This document shows positions 24,780-29,269 of a DNA stretch of 29,269 bases, one piece after another. The translations under genes and the position numbers were made by a program. The number at the start of each line of letters is the position of its first letter. The first letter of the stretch is position 1. This DNA comes from an uncultured Eubacteriales bacterium (GTDB lineage: Bacteria > Bacillota > Clostridia > Lachnospirales > CAYWBF01), in NCBI GenBank assembly GCA_964456085.1, contig CAYWBF010000001.1:1-29269 (forward strand), read 5' to 3'. The notes under the pieces were generated by a model. That model saw only the letters and a list, made by a program, of their open reading frames with translations. It searched no databases and was not told the origin of the DNA.

Positions 24780-25886
24780 TTACTCCTTTTTTAAAATCTT
24801 TCCCAATTTGCGCTTAATGTTAATTAAAGACATTTCTGCTCCTCCTGTGAGTCCATCCGCCTTCCAGATTAAAAATGCAATCATCATAATGGCAACAACT
24901 ATTTCCGTAGAGCCAGAAGCCTCTACTCCGCTTCTTGTAAGAAACAGTTCAAATTGCCGCAAGATTTGACGTACAAGAACCACTACATATGTTCCAAAGA
25001 AAGCACCGGAAACTGACATAGAGCCGCCGATTACCAACATGGAAAGCACAGTAAACAGTTCGCTCATATAAAATGAAGAAGCGGTAATGGATAAGATATA
25101 ATGTGAATATAAGCCACCCGCAAGACCGCCGATAAACGCACTTGCCACATATCCGAAATAGCGCACCGCAACAAAATTAATACCGCTGGAACGAGCCGCA
25201 TATCTGTCATCACGGCTTGCCCGCAGCTTAAGACCAAGGGATGATTCCTTAAAATAATATACCACGGCAATTATAACCACCGCCACCCCCATTGCTACCC
25301 ATAGATTAGTCAAGCGTGCACTTCCAAGGGTAAACGTTCTGGGGCCGTTTGTAACCTGGGCCCATTGAGAAAGGAGAACGTTTATAACAATGAGAAGCGC
25401 AAACTGTGTAATTGCACCAACGGAATCTGAAAGGCGCATGAGAGGCCAGGCCACAATGGCAGCTACAATCATAGCTACAAAAGCCCCAGCTAACAGTGCC
25501 AAAGGGAAAGGCAGATGCAAGCTTACTAAAAAAGGATACATTATGGGTATCTGCATGGCTTTAACTGTAGGTGTCATTGAAAAGATAGCAGAAGCAAAAG
25601 CCCCAATACCAACATAACCAACGTAACTCCAATTCAAAATTCCGGAGTTACCCATGTAAAGCTGAAAGCCCAGTGCCATAATTAACAAAATTGCACCGGA
25701 GGTAAAGATGTCTTCAATAAACGGAATGTTTAGCCACCAAATAAAAGCACCTGTTACAACAAGTATTGCAACAAGAAACACTACAGTGGAAGATTTGCGT
25801 GGAAAGTCGAGCTGGGAAATAAGGCTTGATGCGGCGGATTGCTTGATGCCTTTCTGTTGGGAAGAAAAATTATTAATTGAACTCAT
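24780..25886 (-). CDS. livM: Branched-chain-amino-acid-type ABC permease (LivM-like)
   Basis: GNSGILNWSYVGYVGIGAF, LRASRDDRYAARSSGIN, MLVIGGSMSVSGAFFG. Confidence 0.9.
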   Translation of the reverse strand: MSSINNFSSQQKGIKQSAASSLISQLDFPRKSSTVVFLVAILVVTGAFIWWLNIPFIEDIFTSGAILLIMALGFQLYMGNSGILNWSYVGYVGIGAFASAIFSMTPTVKAMQIPIMYPFLVSLHLPFPLALLAGAFVAMIVAAIVAWPLMRLSDSVGAITQFALLIVINVLLSQWAQVTNGPRTFTLGSARLTNLWVAMGVAVVIIAVVYYFKESSLGLKLRASRDDRYAARSSGINFVAVRYFGYVASAFIGGLAGGLYSHYILSITASSFYMSELFTVLSMLVIGGSMSVSGAFFGTYVVVLVRQILRQFELFLTRSGVEASGSTEIVVAIMMIAFLIWKADGLTGGAEMSLINIKRKLGKILKKE

Positions 25887-26785
25887 CCTACACGCTCCTC
25901 CTGATAGTTCCCGCGTATTAATCCCTCTGGTCTAAGCACCAAGAACGCAATTACAATAACGAACATAACTGCATCACGGTAAGAGAGCAGCTGGGTTGGC
26001 AGTGTCAGCGAGAGAATGTTTGCGATAAGCGCATATAAAAACCCTCCCGCCACAGACCCGGGCAACGAATGCATTCCACCTATAACCACGGCAATAAAGC
26101 CGATAAGAAGCGGAGAAGAACCCATTAAAGGTTCCACAGAACCTGTACGTGCAGACCAGAAAATAGCAACAACGCCAGCAAGAAAGCCACTGATGATAAA
26201 TGCAGCTGAAATTACAAGGTTTGCCGGTACACCCATCAGCCGGGCTGTAGTAAAATTCTCTGAGGCGGCACGCATAGCAACTCCCAAAGTGGTATATTTC
26301 ATGATAATGACCAATACTGCCATCAATACAAGGGTTGTTCCAATCATCAAGAAATTACGCAGTGGTGTGATAACGCCGAAGAAATTAATGTTATTATAGA
26401 AAAAAGCGGGAACAGGTACGGCTTTTGACCGTGGACTGATGCCTAATTGAAATAAACGCTGCAATATTACGCTAATTGCAAAAGACGTCACAAGCAGTGC
26501 GTCCAAGGAACGCCCTCTAAACCGTCTAAATGCAATTAATTCGCTTAACAAGCCAAAGGCAACAGCTGTAGCAATGCCAATTAAAAAAACCACCGGCCAA
26601 GGCAAGGCAGTAAAGCTGCCAACAAAATACAGCACATAAGCACTTACAGTAATAAATTCTCCATAGGCAAAGTTAACAAGTTTGCATATACCAAAAACAA
26701 ATAACAACCCCAATGCAATAAGCGCATACAAACTGCCCATACTTAACACGTTTATTAAAAACTCAAATGTAATATGTGCACTCAT
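25883..26785 (-). CDS. livH: Branched-chain-amino-acid-type ABC permease (LivH-like)
   Basis: GSLYALIALGL..VFG...VNFAYGE, GVAMRAASEN...A.LMGV, VVIGGMHSLPG, FLVLRPEGL. Confidence 0.92.
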   Translation of the reverse strand: MSAHITFEFLINVLSMGSLYALIALGLLFVFGICKLVNFAYGEFITVSAYVLYFVGSFTALPWPVVFLIGIATAVAFGLLSELIAFRRFRGRSLDALLVTSFAISVILQRLFQLGISPRSKAVPVPAFFYNNINFFGVITPLRNFLMIGTTLVLMAVLVIIMKYTTLGVAMRAASENFTTARLMGVPANLVISAAFIISGFLAGVVAIFWSARTGSVEPLMGSSPLLIGFIAVVIGGMHSLPGSVAGGFLYALIANILSLTLPTQLLSYRDAVMFVIVIAFLVLRPEGLIRGNYQEERVG

Positions 26786-27565
26786 TTATATATCGCCTCC
26801 TTTTTTGCCGCCAAGATACACCGCTGTAATGTCTATAGTGTCTGCCATATCCTGTGGGCGCCCTGCAAATTCCACTGTTCCAGTAGAAAAAAGATATGCA
26901 CGGTCGGCAATTTTCAACGCTCTTTCGGCGTTTTGCTCTACAAGCAGAATGGTAATGCCTCTGGATTTAAGCTCTATTATAAGCTCGAATATCTGATCTA
27001 CACGGGCAGGTGATAGCCCCAGTGACGGCTCGTCCAACATCAGTAAATCCGGGTGGGAAATAAGCCCGCGGGCAATGGCAAGCATTTGCTGTTCCCCGCC
27101 GGAGAGTAAGCCTCCGGGTTGGTTGTAGCGGGCTTTAAGAATTGGAAAGAGGGTGAAAAAATCCTCCAAATCGGCGGCAAAACGTTGCGGCTGATAACGG
27201 CCGAAAGCACCAATGCGCAAGTTTTCTGCCACTGTAAGAGACGGAAATATTTCCCGTCCTTCCGGCACAAGTGCCATACCAAGCTTATGCAGTTGCTCAG
27301 GTTTTTTGCCCGTTACATCCTTATCTTTGAAGCGAATACTTCCTGATTGGGGCTTAAGCACTCCCGAAATAGCTCTTAGAACAGTAGATTTCCCTGCACC
27401 GTTTACACCGCAGATGCTAACCAGTTCGCCCTCACGGACTTCAAGCGAAACTCCGTGCAATGCCAACACAGAGCCATATGCAACATAAAGGTCTGATACT
27501 TGCAGAATTGTTTTACCAGCTGAATTCTCCAAAGCCCTTTCGGGAGTATTTCCGTTGTTACTCAT
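26786..27565 (-). CDS. livF: Liv-type ABC ATP-binding protein (LivF-like)
   Basis: GVNGAGKST, VPEGREIFPSLTVAENL, LSGGEQQMLAIARGL, LDEPSLGLSP, LLVEQN. Confidence 0.93.
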   Translation of the reverse strand: MSNNGNTPERALENSAGKTILQVSDLYVAYGSVLALHGVSLEVREGELVSICGVNGAGKSTVLRAISGVLKPQSGSIRFKDKDVTGKKPEQLHKLGMALVPEGREIFPSLTVAENLRIGAFGRYQPQRFAADLEDFFTLFPILKARYNQPGGLLSGGEQQMLAIARGLISHPDLLMLDEPSLGLSPARVDQIFELIIELKSRGITILLVEQNAERALKIADRAYLFSTGTVEFAGRPQDMADTIDITAVYLGGKKGGDI

Positions 27566-28293
27566 GACGCAGCACTCCCCAAATATGCTATAATTACCTC
27601 AGGGTCTTTCCGCACTTCCTCGGGAAGACCTTCGGCGATGGTTTTTCCATAACTTAACACATGCAAACGGTTACAAAGGTTCATAATTAACCGCATGTCA
27701 TGATCAACAATAAGTATTCCTATCTGCTTCTTTTCCGGCATGGGTTTAAGCAGAGACAGCATTTCATCTGTTTCCAGTTCATTTAGTCCGGCAGCCGGCT
27801 CGTCCAAAAGCAGAAACTTCGGTTGGGCAGACAATGCCCGTGCAATCTCCAGCAAGCGCTGGTCACGAAAGGTCAAACCTTGGGCAGACATATGCATTTT
27901 ATCGCCTAACCCTAACTCTTCTAAAAGCCCCTCGGCAAGCTGTGTAGCTTTTTTGCGGTTAATGCCCACTCCGATTGCGCCAACAATTGCATTTTCTAAG
28001 CAGCTTAAATTCTTAAAAAGACGGATTGTTTGATATGTACGTACTAAGCCATAGCGGGGCACTTGATAACCGGTCATTTCACTGATGTTGTGGCTGTCAA
28101 TCATCACATGCCCCCTATCTTTGGGGATCATTCCTGTAATAATGTTAATCGTTGTAGTCTTTCCAGAACCGTTAGGCCCAATGAGGCCGAGTATTTCACC
28201 TGTTTCAAGCTTAAAGTTTACACCGTCCACGGCTTTTAAACTGCCAAAGGTTTTACCCAGTTCTGTAACGGTAAGGGTAGATTTATTTTCCAT
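27562..28293 (-). CDS. livG: Liv-type ABC ATP-binding protein (LivG-like)
   Basis: FGSLKAVDGV, GPNGSGKTT, RTYQTIRLF, RLLEIARAL, LDEPAAGLN, VDHDM, V...Y LG C-terminus. Confidence 0.93.
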   Translation of the reverse strand: MENKSTLTVTELGKTFGSLKAVDGVNFKLETGEILGLIGPNGSGKTTTINIITGMIPKDRGHVMIDSHNISEMTGYQVPRYGLVRTYQTIRLFKNLSCLENAIVGAIGVGINRKKATQLAEGLLEELGLGDKMHMSAQGLTFRDQRLLEIARALSAQPKFLLLDEPAAGLNELETDEMLSLLKPMPEKKQIGILIVDHDMRLIMNLCNRLHVLSYGKTIAEGLPEEVRKDPEVIIAYLGSAAS

Positions 28294-28314
28294 ATTGTAT
28301 CACTCCAAAAGAGA

Positions 28315-28416
28315 AAGCGTGTTCTATCAATAGAACATATACCGCATAAGGCATTTTAATGCCTTATGCGGTATAGAGGTGCTTCATGCCTTACGCAGTA
28401 TAAATAGAACACGCTT
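28315..28416. repeat. Nested REP-like palindromic element between the SBP gene and livG
   Basis: Perfect 18-bp arms TATACCGCATAAGGCATT(28338-28355)/AATGCCTTATGCGGTATA(28358-28375); degenerate third arm at 28386-28402; outer 13-bp inverted repeat 28315-28327/28404-28416. Confidence 0.85.
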
Positions 28417-28432
28417 GTATTAGTCTAAATCC

Positions 28433-29269
28433 TTATGGGCGAGGCAGATATTCAGGTGTAGACCATTCAACAAATACAGGCTTGCCTTTAACAAGCTTAA
28501 TCACGGCTGCTGCTTTGTTTGGTTCATGACCGCTTGCTGCATCCGACCAATCCAATTTACCTGTCAGCAGCTTGTCGAATGTGGTATCTTCCATATATTT
28601 AGCAATTTTTGCGCCATCGGTGCTGTTTGTTTTACGCATAGCTTCGGCAAGTACCATAACAACGTCATATCCTGCCATAGACCAAGGGGCATCTACGTCT
28701 GAACCGAACATGGCTTTATACTGTTCGTTGTATTTGGTAAACCCTGGTACGGCTTCTTCACTGCAATAGCTGTGTGAATCCCATACTATATTGTCGCCGA
28801 ATGTTTCGCCCAGTAACTCGAACAAGGCGGGGTCATCATATGCGTCACCGCCATAGATAGGCAAGTCTATCCCAGCTGTGCGAAATTCCTTGATAATTGT
28901 GCCAAGGTCTGGCATATAGGAGCTTATGTATATAAAGTCTGGTGTTTCTGGCAACGATTTGTAGTGGGCAATCAGTGCGGCGGTGTCTACTTTACCTTGA
29001 CTGAAAATATCTTCACGCAATATTGTGCCGCCGTAATGTTGGAAAGACTCTACAAAGTAGCGGGAAAGGCTTTTTGTATAATCAATGAAGTCATCGGTTA
29101 TAACTAAACAGGTTTTAAAGCCGTCTTTCTTGAATGCCTTTTCAGCAATAACAGAACCCATGGTTGTGTTCCACATGGATAAGGTGAACTGCTTATCTCC
29201 AAGCATGGTACTGCCAAACAATGGTGAAGAAGCACTGTTGCTTATACCAACAAGACCAGCTTCCTGTGC
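28433..29269 (-). CDS. Liv-type ABC substrate-binding protein, C-terminal part (5' end beyond the window)
   Basis: Frame is open to the right edge (AQEAGLVGISNSASSPLFG...); PDFIYISSY, IYGGDAYD, AGYDVVMVLAEAM are typical of the periplasmic binding protein type 1 (Liv) family. Confidence 0.88.
   Translation of the reverse strand, partial: AQEAGLVGISNSASSPLFGSTMLGDKQFTLSMWNTTMGSVIAEKAFKKDGFKTCLVITDDFIDYTKSLSRYFVESFQHYGGTILREDIFSQGKVDTAALIAHYKSLPETPDFIYISSYMPDLGTIIKEFRTAGIDLPIYGGDAYDDPALFELLGETFGDNIVWDSHSYCSEEAVPGFTKYNEQYKAMFGSDVDAPWSMAGYDVVMVLAEAMRKTNSTDGAKIAKYMEDTTFDKLLTGKLDWSDAASGHEPNKAAAVIKLVKGKPVFVEWSTPEYLPRP

Noticed and set aside
23336-28769. Plus-strand ORFs overlapping the IS remnant and the Liv-amidase operon
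   Set aside because: Antisense shadows of supported minus-strand genes.
1-29269. CRISPR arrays, tRNA/rRNA genes, known riboswitches (T-box, SAM, TPP, FMN, purine, c-di-AMP, c-di-GMP), inteins in dnaB/dnaX
   Set aside because: No regularly spaced direct repeats or diagnostic consensus seen by eye, and the protein lengths are normal; a cmscan run would be needed to exclude divergent RNAs.

Overview
Chromosomal window from a low-GC, spore-forming Firmicute, most likely Clostridia (inferred from dnaX-ybaB-recR, gdpP-rplI-dnaB, cwlD, a GerMN gene and long Shine-Dalgarno sites). Left third: an envelope/sporulation cluster (DUF378, DUF368, a large multidomain amidase, a tiny Cys-rich ORF, a GerMN protein, a single-pass LysM protein). 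It contains a complete type I toxin-antitoxin module that the ORF track misses: a 29-aa BsrG/BsrE-like toxin with a convergent antisense RNA. Middle: dnaX-ybaB-recR meets gdpP-rplI-dnaB tail-to-tail. dnaX carries candidate slippage/frameshift signals and GdpP lacks its TM-PAS region. These are followed by a HAD phosphatase, a three-gene ABC-2 exporter-like module, a UvrD/PcrA-like helicase and cwlD. Right third is accessory: an ECF sigma/anti-sigma pair with a repeated candidate promoter motif, a decayed IS630 remnant cut by a triple-hairpin palindrome, and a Liv-type ABC importer plus acetamidase/formamidase operon that runs off the right edge. I saw no rRNA, tRNA or CRISPR array. All family assignments come from motif recognition by eye; no database search was run.
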